From the NCBI GenBank assembly GCA_030833525.1, contig JAURGZ010000002.1, positions 3,927 through 67,926 on the forward strand: a stretch of DNA of 64,000 nucleotides, written 5' to 3'. Shown in pieces: positions 1-8,917 of the stretch. Numbering within the stretch: the first letter of the stretch is position 1; each line of letters begins with the position of its first letter. The notes beneath the pieces were generated by a model. The model searched no databases, was not told the DNA's origin, and was given only the letters and a program-made list of their open reading frames with translations. The translations under genes and the position numbers were made by a program. This DNA comes from Bacteroidota bacterium (lineage in GTDB: Bacteria > Bacteroidota > Bacteroidia > NS11-12g > UBA955).

Positions 1-495
1 CCCAAACTCTTCCAGAAACTTGCAAAAGGAACGACAGAGGCCTCATCAGAATTCCAAAATCCGGTACTGGGCGCTCCCGAGACCGCTGGATCAGCCACCG
101 AAGCCGAAAGGGCCATGATCGAGCGAGAGCCTTGGAATTACTATGATTTCAACATTCCCTGGTCCATCAACTTCACGTATTTGGTGGCCTACAACAACGA
201 AGCCGTATTGGAGAGCCAGCGCTTGGGGAATCACAGGCTAACCCTATCGGGCGATTTGAGCATCACGCCCGAATGGAAAATTGCATACAATACGGGTTAT
301 GACTTCAAAAACATGCGCATGGCCGGCAGTCAGTTTTCAGTGGTGCGCAGCTTGCACTGCTGGCAAATGGAATTTTCCTGGATCCCAGACGGTTACCGCA
401 AGAGTTGGACCTTTACCTTGCGGCCCAAAAGTGCGTTATTGCAAGACCTAAAACTCAACAAACGCGAATCTTTTTATGCGCCATTCGCTCAGTAA
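1..495 (+). CDS. C-terminal fragment of a large (probably outer-membrane) protein; the reading frame is open from base 1, so the N-terminus lies upstream of the window
   Basis: Frame 1 has no stop codon between 1 and 114 and runs on into the 115..495 ORF. The C-terminal sequence is beta-strand-rich with alternating aromatics (FSWIPDGYRKSWTFTLRPKS). I cannot name the family (possibly SprA/LptD-like). Confidence 0.4.
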   Translation, partial: PKLFQKLAKGTTEASSEFQNPVLGAPETAGSATEAERAMIEREPWNYYDFNIPWSINFTYLVAYNNEAVLESQRLGNHRLTLSGDLSITPEWKIAYNTGYDFKNMRMAGSQFSVVRSLHCWQMEFSWIPDGYRKSWTFTLRPKSALLQDLKLNKRESFYAPFAQ

Positions 496-1675
496 ATTCA
501 GATTCTTTGCTTGGGCTATTCTCTCGATAGCCGCCTCGCTTCAAGCCCAGAGCTCGCCGCATCCGCAATACCGCCAGCGCTATTACGTTCGCATGAGTGA
601 AGGATTGTTTCGCACCCCAAACAACCTTTCGAACCCCGAATTTCAAGTACCCGGATTCATCTGGGTGCCCGCTCTATCGATTGATGTAACCATCTGCAAT
701 GGCTATGACAGTTTGTTCATAGTACCCGAATACAACATGCCTGTAGGAGCTTTCATGGCCTACAGCCATGAGGTTAGCAATGCAGAATACCGCGAATTTG
801 TCAAGGATAGCCTGTTTTCTTCGCAAGTGCTTCGACCCGCTGACACCAGCTGTTTACGTGCAGATGAAACTGAAGATTGGAAATGGACCTTATACAAACA
901 GTATTATTTTCAGCATGATGCTTATTCCCAATACCCGGTAATCGGAGTCAGTCACACCCAAGCAAAAGAGTATTGCCGCTGGCTGAAAACCCGTTTGGAA
1001 CAGAATCCCGAATTCATGCGTCAGCTGCGAAATGCATGGGGAGAAAACGCCTGGTTCGAGGTGGATTTACCCAGTTTGATGGAATATCAAGCGCTTTATC
1101 AAGTCCAAGTGCGCGAGCCGTTTCAACGCAGCACAGGCCCGCATCAGTATTCAGACCCCTTGTTGGAATACACCATCAGCAGCCATAAAAACCCTTATGT
1201 CAATTGGGCAGAACAAGGTTTGCGCAGCAATCGGGGGGCGCTGCTTATGCCCAGTCAGACCGCGAGCCCCTTTACTGTTCCCGTTTTGGAACCTCAGCCT
1301 GCCGCCACTGCCGCCACGGCCAAAAAGAAAAAAAACCAAGTGCCTTCGGCCAGCTGGGGCCCTTTTCATCATTTGCTCGGCAATGTGGCTGAATGGACCT
1401 CAAGCCCCGCTGAAAATCACCTGTTCAACAACATCAGTTACACCTTGAACACCAGCGATCAAATCATTGTCAACCAATACCAAATACCCACTGAGAAACT
1501 ATTGGAAGGTCGCTTGCACAGCCCCCAGGATCTGCAAACGCATTTTGCGGTCTGGGGTGGTTCATGGGACGATGAATGGCACTACTTACAGGCATCTGCT
1601 GCCCAGTTCCTGCGCTTGGACCAGCGCCAACCCGACCTGGGCTTTAGGCCAGTCATTCGCTTTTACAAGCCATAA
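476..1675 (+). CDS. Formylglycine-generating-enzyme (FGE/SUMF1) domain protein with a signal peptide
   Basis: N-terminal signal (AASLQAQ). FGE-family motifs are present: YPVIGVSHTQAKEYCRWL, WGGSWDD and LGFRPVIRF. A low-complexity insert (AATAATAKKKKNQ) is encoded by an A8 run. Confidence 0.65.
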   Translation: MRHSLSKFRFFAWAILSIAASLQAQSSPHPQYRQRYYVRMSEGLFRTPNNLSNPEFQVPGFIWVPALSIDVTICNGYDSLFIVPEYNMPVGAFMAYSHEVSNAEYREFVKDSLFSSQVLRPADTSCLRADETEDWKWTLYKQYYFQHDAYSQYPVIGVSHTQAKEYCRWLKTRLEQNPEFMRQLRNAWGENAWFEVDLPSLMEYQALYQVQVREPFQRSTGPHQYSDPLLEYTISSHKNPYVNWAEQGLRSNRGALLMPSQTASPFTVPVLEPQPAATAATAKKKKNQVPSASWGPFHHLLGNVAEWTSSPAENHLFNNISYTLNTSDQIIVNQYQIPTEKLLEGRLHSPQDLQTHFAVWGGSWDDEWHYLQASAAQFLRLDQRQPDLGFRPVIRFYKP

Positions 1676-1755
1676 AGAGCTGGAGTCAATTTTAGTAATT
1701 GTACAATTGACACTTGTCATTTTTTTTGCTTAAATTGCCCGGCAAAACATTCTCT

Positions 1756-4700
1756 ATGAATCAATATTCCTCGATTAGAAAGGCACTAAGCCTGTTGTTT
1801 CTATCGCTGTTGATGCTGGGGTCTGCATGGGCCCAAAACGGCACCATCAGAGGCAAAATCAGCAACGACGACGGGCAAGCCCTAGAAGGCGTAAGCATCA
1901 ATTGGGGCACTGCCCAAGATGCCAAAAGCAGCGCCGATGGATCATTCATTCTGGAGCTGCCGGCCGGAAACTATACGCTGACGGCTAGCCATTCGGGTTA
2001 CAAATCCAGCTCCATCACCGTTCAGCTTGCAGCCGGTGAAACCAAATCTGTTAACATCAACCTCATGCCCCAGGCCGATGTCATCGATGATGTTGTGATT
2101 GTGGGCTACGGTCGACAGTCTCGCCGAAACGTGGTGGGTTCGATTTCTTCGGTCAGTGGCCGTGAGTTAACCGAAGCCCCTGCCCCATCTTTCGAGGCCG
2201 CCCTTCAAGGAAAAGCCGCAGGTGTTCAAGTTACGGTTGGTTCGGGCATGGCCGGTTCTGCCTCTTTGATTCGCATTCGTGGAGCTGCTTCGATTTCAGC
2301 GGCGGGCGACCCCTTGTATGTCATCGACGGGATTCCCGTAACCCAAGATTATTTCATGAACCGTGCCAACGGCTCCAACTGGGGCGGCGGTTTCAACAAC
2401 AACCCCTTGGCCAGCATCAACCCTGAAGACATCGAAAATATCGAAATCTTGAAAGATGCAGCCGCCACCAGCATTTACGGTTCACGCGGTGCCAACGGTG
2501 TTATTTTGATCACGACCAAGCGCGCCCGCAAGCAAGGTTTGAAATTCGATTTCAACACGCGTTGGTCTGTGGCCATGCCCACGGCTCGCCCCGATATGTT
2601 GAGCGGCCCTGAGTGGCTGCAACTCTATGAAGAAGCATGGCAAAACGACGGACATGTCGGCAAGCCCGACTTGTCTGCCGTGGGGCTTCGCCTCAGCTGG
2701 GACCAAGCCCAAAACATCAACACCGATTGGATCGACCAAATGATTGGCGTAGGCTTTAAGCAGAGCTACAACTTCTCGACCAACTACAAGAAAGACCATG
2801 TAGCCGTGAAAGCGATTTTGTCTTATGACGACAATGGTTCCTATGTAATAGGCAACAATTACAACCGCGTCAGCGAACGTGTAAACGTGGATTGGAAGCC
2901 CATGAAGAAAATGAACGTACAACTCTCCCACTCTTTGAGCCAAGGCACCAACACGCGTGTCGATGCCGCTTGGGCCGGTGGATTGGGTTCAGCCATGAGT
3001 ACCATGTTGCCCATTTATCCGCTGGAGCCCTTGTACGACAGCGCTTCCAAATCTTACATCACCCCCGTTGGCTTGCAAACCATTCGCGATTTGAAAAACT
3101 GGAGAAGCATCGAGGTGCGCACCATCAACAACGCTTCTTTGTCCTACCAAATCAACGAAAACCTGGCCGTCAACGCCAGCGGAAGCATCGACTACATGGA
3201 CTACAACGAGTTTCTGTACGAGCCAGCTGCCTTGATTCGCTATTACAATGCAAGTTACTTGCAGAACGGCAATGCCAAGTGGTTCCCCACCTGGACCCTG
3301 AACAAGAACTACTTTGCTACCTTGCAGTACGACAAGAACTTGGGCAAAGGAAATAGCTTTGGCGCCATGCTGGGTCACGAATACCAGCACAGCTACAGCA
3401 CCAGCAAATACGTAGAAAACTTCGACGCAACCGGTCCCATCGACCAGGTTGTCATTCCGGATTCAGCTCGATTGGTATTTAGCCGCACGCCCTATGAATG
3501 GGCTTTCTTGAGCTATTTCGGCCGTTTGAATTACAGCTACCACAACAAGCTGAATTTCCAAGTAACCGCCCGTCGTGACGGCAGCAGCCGTTTCGGCCGC
3601 AACAACCGCTATGGTTTCTTCCCGGCTGCGGCAGTTGGCTATATTTTGAGCGAAGAAGATTTCATTCGCAACATCAAGGCCATCGATTTCATGAAATTGC
3701 GCGCGGGCATTGGAAAAAGCGGTAACGCCAATTTCGACAACTATGCCCGCTGGGGTACCATTACACCCAGTGGCAACCTACAACCATACAATGGAATGCC
3801 TCAAATGGCCCCTGCTCGATTGGAAAACCCCAATTTGAAATGGGAATCTACCACCAACTTCGATGCAGGAATCGAAACCCAGCTTTGGAAGGGTCGTGTG
3901 AGCACAGAATTGACGTATTACAACAAAAACACCACCGATGTCATCTTGCAATTGAGCATCCCCACCTCGACCGGTTTTGGATCCTTCTACGACAACGTAG
4001 GTGCCATCACCAACAAAGGGGTTGAATTCTCCTTGAAAACGGTGAACATTCGCAGCAAAAACACCCAGTGGACGAGCAACTTCAACATTGCCCGCAACTA
4101 CAACGAAATCACCAGCATTGGTGTATACACCGAAGATGCCGTAAGCGGTGGAACCAACGATACCCGCGTGGTGGTCGGTCAACCCGTCGGGACCAATTTC
4201 TTGGTTCGATTCTCCCATGTAGATCCTCAAACGGGAGCGCCTGTTTACCTGGACAAAGACGGCAATGAAACCTACAGCTGGGATCCTGATAACCGGGTGG
4301 CTGTAGGAAACGTGCTGCCCAAGGCTTTCGGAAGCTTCAACAACGTTTTCAACTACAAGAATTTCGAATTATCGGCCACCGTTTACTTCAACATAGGCGG
4401 AAGCATTTACGAAAGTTCGGTGAAGCGTCAATTGAGCTTGATGACCGATTGGAACATGGATCGCCGCGTATTGGATCGCTGGCAGCAGCCTGGCGACAAC
4501 GCCTTGTACCCCAAGATGACCTTGAACACCTTCAATCACGGTTCTACTACACCTTGGATCAATACCGATTTGTGGTTGCAAGACGGTTCCTTCGCCCGAT
4601 TGCGCAATTTGATGTTCAGCTACAACATGCCCAAGGCTTGGTTGACCAAAACCGGCTTTGAAGCGGCCAAGGTGACCTTGGTGGGAATCAACTTGTTGAC

Positions 4701-4842
4701 CTGGACCCAATACACCGGTTTGGACCCCGAAATCGCGCGTGATTTTGAAAACCCCACTGACCGCAACATGAGCGGCAGCATTACCTACCTCACTCCTCCT
4801 CAAGAGAAGAGTATCAGTTTGGCCCTTAACCTGAGCTTCTAA
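1756..4842 (+). CDS. susC: SusC/RagA-family TonB-dependent outer membrane transporter
   Basis: Signal peptide; CarbopepD_reg-like segment (NGTIRGKISNDDGQALEGVSI); TonB box/plug (DDVVIVGYGRQSRRNVVGSISSV); NPEDIENIEILKDAAATSIYGSRGANGVILITTKR motif. Length is about 1028 aa and it is followed immediately by SusD. ATG at 1756 chosen over the upstream in-frame start at 1714. Confidence 0.9.
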   Translation: MNQYSSIRKALSLLFLSLLMLGSAWAQNGTIRGKISNDDGQALEGVSINWGTAQDAKSSADGSFILELPAGNYTLTASHSGYKSSSITVQLAAGETKSVNINLMPQADVIDDVVIVGYGRQSRRNVVGSISSVSGRELTEAPAPSFEAALQGKAAGVQVTVGSGMAGSASLIRIRGAASISAAGDPLYVIDGIPVTQDYFMNRANGSNWGGGFNNNPLASINPEDIENIEILKDAAATSIYGSRGANGVILITTKRARKQGLKFDFNTRWSVAMPTARPDMLSGPEWLQLYEEAWQNDGHVGKPDLSAVGLRLSWDQAQNINTDWIDQMIGVGFKQSYNFSTNYKKDHVAVKAILSYDDNGSYVIGNNYNRVSERVNVDWKPMKKMNVQLSHSLSQGTNTRVDAAWAGGLGSAMSTMLPIYPLEPLYDSASKSYITPVGLQTIRDLKNWRSIEVRTINNASLSYQINENLAVNASGSIDYMDYNEFLYEPAALIRYYNASYLQNGNAKWFPTWTLNKNYFATLQYDKNLGKGNSFGAMLGHEYQHSYSTSKYVENFDATGPIDQVVIPDSARLVFSRTPYEWAFLSYFGRLNYSYHNKLNFQVTARRDGSSRFGRNNRYGFFPAAAVGYILSEEDFIRNIKAIDFMKLRAGIGKSGNANFDNYARWGTITPSGNLQPYNGMPQMAPARLENPNLKWESTTNFDAGIETQLWKGRVSTELTYYNKNTTDVILQLSIPTSTGFGSFYDNVGAITNKGVEFSLKTVNIRSKNTQWTSNFNIARNYNEITSIGVYTEDAVSGGTNDTRVVVGQPVGTNFLVRFSHVDPQTGAPVYLDKDGNETYSWDPDNRVAVGNVLPKAFGSFNNVFNYKNFELSATVYFNIGGSIYESSVKRQLSLMTDWNMDRRVLDRWQQPGDNALYPKMTLNTFNHGSTTPWINTDLWLQDGSFARLRNLMFSYNMPKAWLTKTGFEAAKVTLVGINLLTWTQYTGLDPEIARDFENPTDRNMSGSITYLTPPQEKSISLALNLSF

Positions 4843-4844
4843 TC

Positions 4845-6212
4845 ATGAACACCAAAACATTTCTTTGGGCACTTAGCCTGAGTGCAGTGGCGCTGAGCAG
4901 CTGCGATAAGATGATCGAAACCCCTCCACCCAATGAGATTCTCATTGATGATGCGGTTCAAAACACCGATGACTTGCAAATGTTGCTCAACTCGAGCTAC
5001 AATGAACTCGCCAATACCTTCGGTGGGTTTGGACAAGTCCTGGCCGAGTTGCAAAGCGACAACCTAACCCTTCCCAACAACAATGATTACCGCGAGGTTT
5101 TCAACCACAACGTGTTGTTCTTCAACTCTACCACCGGGGCCTTCCACTCGATTTTGTACCGCACCATTTTCAGGGCCAACTTTGTCGAAAAATACCTGGA
5201 CCGTGCCGCCGATCTGACCGAAGCCGATCGCACGCGCATAGTGGGAGAAGTGGCCTTCATTCGCGCATACTGCCATTTTTGGGCTGTTCGCATGTTTGCC
5301 CATCCCTATGGGAAAACAGCCGACAATTCACATCCCGGAATCGCCATTGCCAACCGGGTCAGCACCGACCCCTATCCCCGAAGCACAGTAGCCGAGGCCT
5401 ATTCGGCTATTTTGGCTGATGCCAACACAGCCTTGACGAATTTGCCCAGCGACAATGGATACTACGCCGACAAGCAAGCCGCTCAAGCATTGCTGGCCCA
5501 GGTATATTTCCAAATGGGAGAATATTCCCAAGCCGCCGACATGGCCACACAGGTTATCAACAGTGGGAAGTATCAGTTGTCTGACACCGTAAACCTGTTC
5601 AATTCAAAAGCCGAGAGCGAGTATGTCTTTCGCATTGTGAGCACGGGTGTGAATGACAACCGCAGCGGTGCATTCAACGGCAACTACGCCCCTGGAACGC
5701 CTACCTGCCAAATGGATTTGGCCCTTTACAGCAACGTCAAAGATGCCAACGATAAGCGCTGCGCCATGTTGGTCGAAGCCAATGCAGGAGCCGCCAACAT
5801 GTTTGTCAAGAGTTCGGCTTTTGACGCTCAGTTCTTCGATGTTCCTTTGCTCTATTTGACGCAGATGCACCTGATTCGAGCCGAATCTTTGGCCCTGTCT
5901 GGTGGAGACCTCAGCGTCGCCATCGCCGATGCAAATGCCCTAATAAGCCGAGCCTATACCGACCCCAGTGGGGAGTTTTTGGCTGGCTCTTCAAGCCCAA
6001 GCGAAGTACTGTCCAAGGTTCGTAGCGAGCGCCGCATGGAATTGCTCTTCCAAGGCGACCGCATACACGAAGTAAAACGCTTGGGAGCGGTAGAAGGAGT
6101 CAACATGTTCATTCGCGGGCACCGATGGGATTGCGATGGCATGATCTTGCAATTCCCCATCGTCGAGCGCACCAGTATTTTTGAAATCAATCCAACAGGA
6201 GGATGCAAATAA
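4845..6212 (+). CDS. susD: SusD/RagB-family nutrient-binding outer membrane lipoprotein
   Basis: Lipoprotein signal with Cys (LSAVALSSCDK). About 455 aa, immediately downstream of SusC with a 2-nt gap. Aromatic/TPR-like SusD composition. Confidence 0.85.
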   Translation: MNTKTFLWALSLSAVALSSCDKMIETPPPNEILIDDAVQNTDDLQMLLNSSYNELANTFGGFGQVLAELQSDNLTLPNNNDYREVFNHNVLFFNSTTGAFHSILYRTIFRANFVEKYLDRAADLTEADRTRIVGEVAFIRAYCHFWAVRMFAHPYGKTADNSHPGIAIANRVSTDPYPRSTVAEAYSAILADANTALTNLPSDNGYYADKQAAQALLAQVYFQMGEYSQAADMATQVINSGKYQLSDTVNLFNSKAESEYVFRIVSTGVNDNRSGAFNGNYAPGTPTCQMDLALYSNVKDANDKRCAMLVEANAGAANMFVKSSAFDAQFFDVPLLYLTQMHLIRAESLALSGGDLSVAIADANALISRAYTDPSGEFLAGSSSPSEVLSKVRSERRMELLFQGDRIHEVKRLGAVEGVNMFIRGHRWDCDGMILQFPIVERTSIFEINPTGGCK

Positions 6213-6712
6213 TGAAACGAACTGTATTGAATAGCCTAGCCTTCATAGCTGTAGCCGCGGTGCTCAGCTTAACGGCCTGCAAGCCTGAAAAGAAGGAATT
6301 AGGGCCTCGCGTGAGTCAACTCGACGGCATAGCCGCCAATTGGATTTTGGACCGCGTGGCTCAGATTGATGTGAACGTAGAACTGGCTTTTGTAGAAAGC
6401 GATACCTTGTTGGACGTGAGTTCGGTCTACATCGCCGGTCAGCCCATGGAAATCAATTTTGACAAAGATGGCACCTATTCCACCACGGCCGGTTCGGGTT
6501 CCACCTTGTTTGGGCCTGCTACTGGAACCTGGAAATTCGACAACGATGAATATCCCTCGTTCTTGATTTTCAACGAAGGAACGGCAGATGAAACCCGCAT
6601 CAACATGCTTTCACCCATTCGTCCCCAAGACCCCAATTTGGCGATCAAAGTCAACAAATTCTGCAACGGTGAGCGAACGGTTTCTTATCACCTTTGGTAC
6701 AACCGCAAATAA
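6212..6712 (+). CDS. Hypothetical lipoprotein associated with the SusC/SusD locus
   Basis: Start overlaps the SusD stop (TAATG). Lipobox (LSLTACKPEKK). No recognisable catalytic motif. Confidence 0.5.
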   Translation: MKRTVLNSLAFIAVAAVLSLTACKPEKKELGPRVSQLDGIAANWILDRVAQIDVNVELAFVESDTLLDVSSVYIAGQPMEINFDKDGTYSTTAGSGSTLFGPATGTWKFDNDEYPSFLIFNEGTADETRINMLSPIRPQDPNLAIKVNKFCNGERTVSYHLWYNRK

Positions 6713-6719
6713 CGAACCC

Positions 6720-7580
6720 ATGAAACAACGCCTTATATTATTCGCAAGCGCCCTTTTGATGGGATCGGCTGCTCAGGCCCAGAAAGCGTGGATCACACCT
6801 TCTGACAACCCCAATCTGAAGGATTCTGTTACCCTTTGGGTCGACATTAAAAAATGCGATCGCCAGCAATTGGCAGGATCTACCGAAGACTTGTACATGT
6901 GGACTTGGAAGCCCATTGAGCATCCGCAGGGGCACCCCTTGCACAACGGCACATGGAATGCCTCTAACGAAGCGCTGCGCTGGACCTCAGCTGGAAACGA
7001 CGTTTATTTCTACCGCATGGTTCCAACCGAGTTTTACGGAGTCAGCCCCGCTCAGTTGTACGCCAATGACATTCATTTGTTGCTAAAAAAGAAAGACGGT
7101 ACCGGCGATTCCAACGGCGAAGCGAAAACCGAAGACTTGCTCATCACCTTGGACCCCCCCGTTACGGGCCCTCAGAAGTTGTCTACCTTCCCCAAGACCA
7201 AGAAGAAAGACACCATGAGCACCTCGGCGAGTGATGTTTTCACCTTGAAGTACGACCGCAACTTGGAGGAAAAGACCGCCCTGCAAACGGCCGATGACTT
7301 TTATGTTTATGTGCAAGCCAAAGGAGACAATGGATTGTACTACAAATACAAGAATATCAGCATCACCAAGGTGGGCAATGAGCCCAGCTTGGCCATGAGC
7401 GATATGGGCAATGGCATGTTCCATTTCACCATCGTACCCAGCACTTTCATGGCCGCTGATTTGCCGTCGGGTGTCAAACTGGTCGGTTTGAAATTCCAAG
7501 TGGTTCGCAAGACGATCAAGAATTCTGACGATACGGTTGACGGTACCTACGAATACATTTTCAATCCTTACTGCGAATAG
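6720..7580 (+). CDS. Hypothetical secreted protein in the SusC/SusD locus (possible SusE/F-like surface protein)
   Basis: ATG at 6720 follows the upstream stop at 6712. Signal peptide (LLMGSAAQAQ). Lys/Thr-rich middle region. Ends just before a terminator. Confidence 0.45.
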   Translation: MKQRLILFASALLMGSAAQAQKAWITPSDNPNLKDSVTLWVDIKKCDRQQLAGSTEDLYMWTWKPIEHPQGHPLHNGTWNASNEALRWTSAGNDVYFYRMVPTEFYGVSPAQLYANDIHLLLKKKDGTGDSNGEAKTEDLLITLDPPVTGPQKLSTFPKTKKKDTMSTSASDVFTLKYDRNLEEKTALQTADDFYVYVQAKGDNGLYYKYKNISITKVGNEPSLAMSDMGNGMFHFTIVPSTFMAADLPSGVKLVGLKFQVVRKTIKNSDDTVDGTYEYIFNPYCE

Positions 7581-7601
7581 GCAGTTTGAAATTTTGCAAA
7601 G

Positions 7602-7632
7602 AAAAGGCCCCGGTTGCTCGGGGCCTTTTTCA
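7602..7632 (+). terminator. Rho-independent terminator, bidirectional (GGCCCCG-gttgct-CGGGGCC with flanking A and T runs)
   Basis: Stem 7606-7612/7619-7625, T run 7626-7630, A run 7602-7605. Lies between convergent genes ending at 7580 (+) and 7634 (-). Confidence 0.6.
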
Positions 7633-7633
7633 T

Positions 7634-8854
7634 TTACGACCAGCTGATCTCAACTTCGGTTCGCATGAGGTCTTCCAAGGTTTCCCTGCGTCGAATCAAA
7701 TGCCATTGCCCCTTGTAAAACAGAGCCTCGGCTGGGCGCAATCGAGCATTGTAATTGTTGCTCATGCTCATGCCATAGGCACCTGCGTTGTAGATGGCCA
7801 AAATATCTCCTTCGCGCACTTCGCTCAGTTTGCGATCGTAACCCAAGGTGTCGGTTTCGCAGATGTATCCCACCACGCTGTACAAACGGGGGATCCCGCC
7901 CGGATTGCTGATGTTTTCAATGCGGTGAAAGGCGTCGTAGAACATGGGGCGTATCAAATGATTTTGACCGCTGTTCACCCCTACAAAAACCGTCGAAGTG
8001 GTTTGCTTGATGACATTGGCTGAAACCAAAAGCACACCTGACTCAGAAACCAAGTATTTCCCCGGTTCAAACCAGAGTTCCAACTCACGTCCATAACGGC
8101 CGCAGAATGCCTTAAAAGCCTCTGCAATGCGATTTCCAGTGTCTTGTATGTCGGTTACAATATCTCCTTCCTTGTATGGAACCTTAAAGCCACTTCCAAA
8201 GTCCATAAACCGCAAATCTTTGAATTCGGCCGCTGCATCAAACAGCAATTCAGCCCCGCGCAAGAACACATCAGCATCGAGAATATCAGAACCTGTATGC
8301 ATGTGAAGCCCATGCACTTGAATCTGATGGGATTCTACAACCCGCAACACATGCCTCAACTGATAAATGCTGATGCCGAACTTGGAGTCGATATGACCCA
8401 CTGAAATGTGACTGTGCCCACCCGCCATGATGTGGGGATTCAATCGCAAGCAACAGGGAACCGAGGAACCGTATCGATTTCCAAATTGTTCCAGAATGGA
8501 AATGTTATCGATGTTGATGTGAACGCCCAATTCTACCGCTTCTTCAATCTCAGCAAAATCGACGCAATTGGGCGTAAACATGATTTCTTCAGGTGCATAA
8601 CCCGCTCTAAGACCCAATTGAACTTCCTGAATGGAAACGGCATCGAGTCCTGAGCCTTGTTCGCGTAGCAATCTCAATATATTGACATTGCTCAGGGCCT
8701 TCATGGCGTAATGGAGTCGAACCTGAACGCCCGGGAAAGCCCCTTTTAACTTGTGGTACTGTTCTACGATGCGCTCGCCGTGGTAGGCGTACAAGGGCGT
8801 TCCAAAGAGCCGGGCCCCTTCCAGCCACTGTGATGATTCTATTTGTGTTTGCAT
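7634..8854 (-). CDS. lysA: Diaminopimelate decarboxylase
   Basis: PLP fold-III decarboxylase motifs (HYAMKA, GSGLDAVS, EPGKYLV, CETDTL). ATG at 8854 chosen because the longer ORF (to 8884) would run into the upstream terminator. Confidence 0.85.
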   Translation of the reverse strand: MQTQIESSQWLEGARLFGTPLYAYHGERIVEQYHKLKGAFPGVQVRLHYAMKALSNVNILRLLREQGSGLDAVSIQEVQLGLRAGYAPEEIMFTPNCVDFAEIEEAVELGVHINIDNISILEQFGNRYGSSVPCCLRLNPHIMAGGHSHISVGHIDSKFGISIYQLRHVLRVVESHQIQVHGLHMHTGSDILDADVFLRGAELLFDAAAEFKDLRFMDFGSGFKVPYKEGDIVTDIQDTGNRIAEAFKAFCGRYGRELELWFEPGKYLVSESGVLLVSANVIKQTTSTVFVGVNSGQNHLIRPMFYDAFHRIENISNPGGIPRLYSVVGYICETDTLGYDRKLSEVREGDILAIYNAGAYGMSMSNNYNARLRPAEALFYKGQWHLIRRRETLEDLMRTEVEISWS

Positions 8855-8890
8855 AAAAATAAAAAAGGCGGGGTGTTGAATCACCCCGCC
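8853..8890 (-). terminator. Rho-independent terminator of secDF (minus-strand reading: GGCGGGGTG-attcaa-CACCCCGCC followed by TTTTTTATTTTT)
   Basis: Stem 8867-8875/8882-8890 with a 12-nt A run on the plus strand (8855-8866), 28 nt downstream of the secDF stop. Confidence 0.7.
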
Positions 8891-8917
8891 TTCACGGCAC
8901 CGGCCGTGAGCGGGTTT

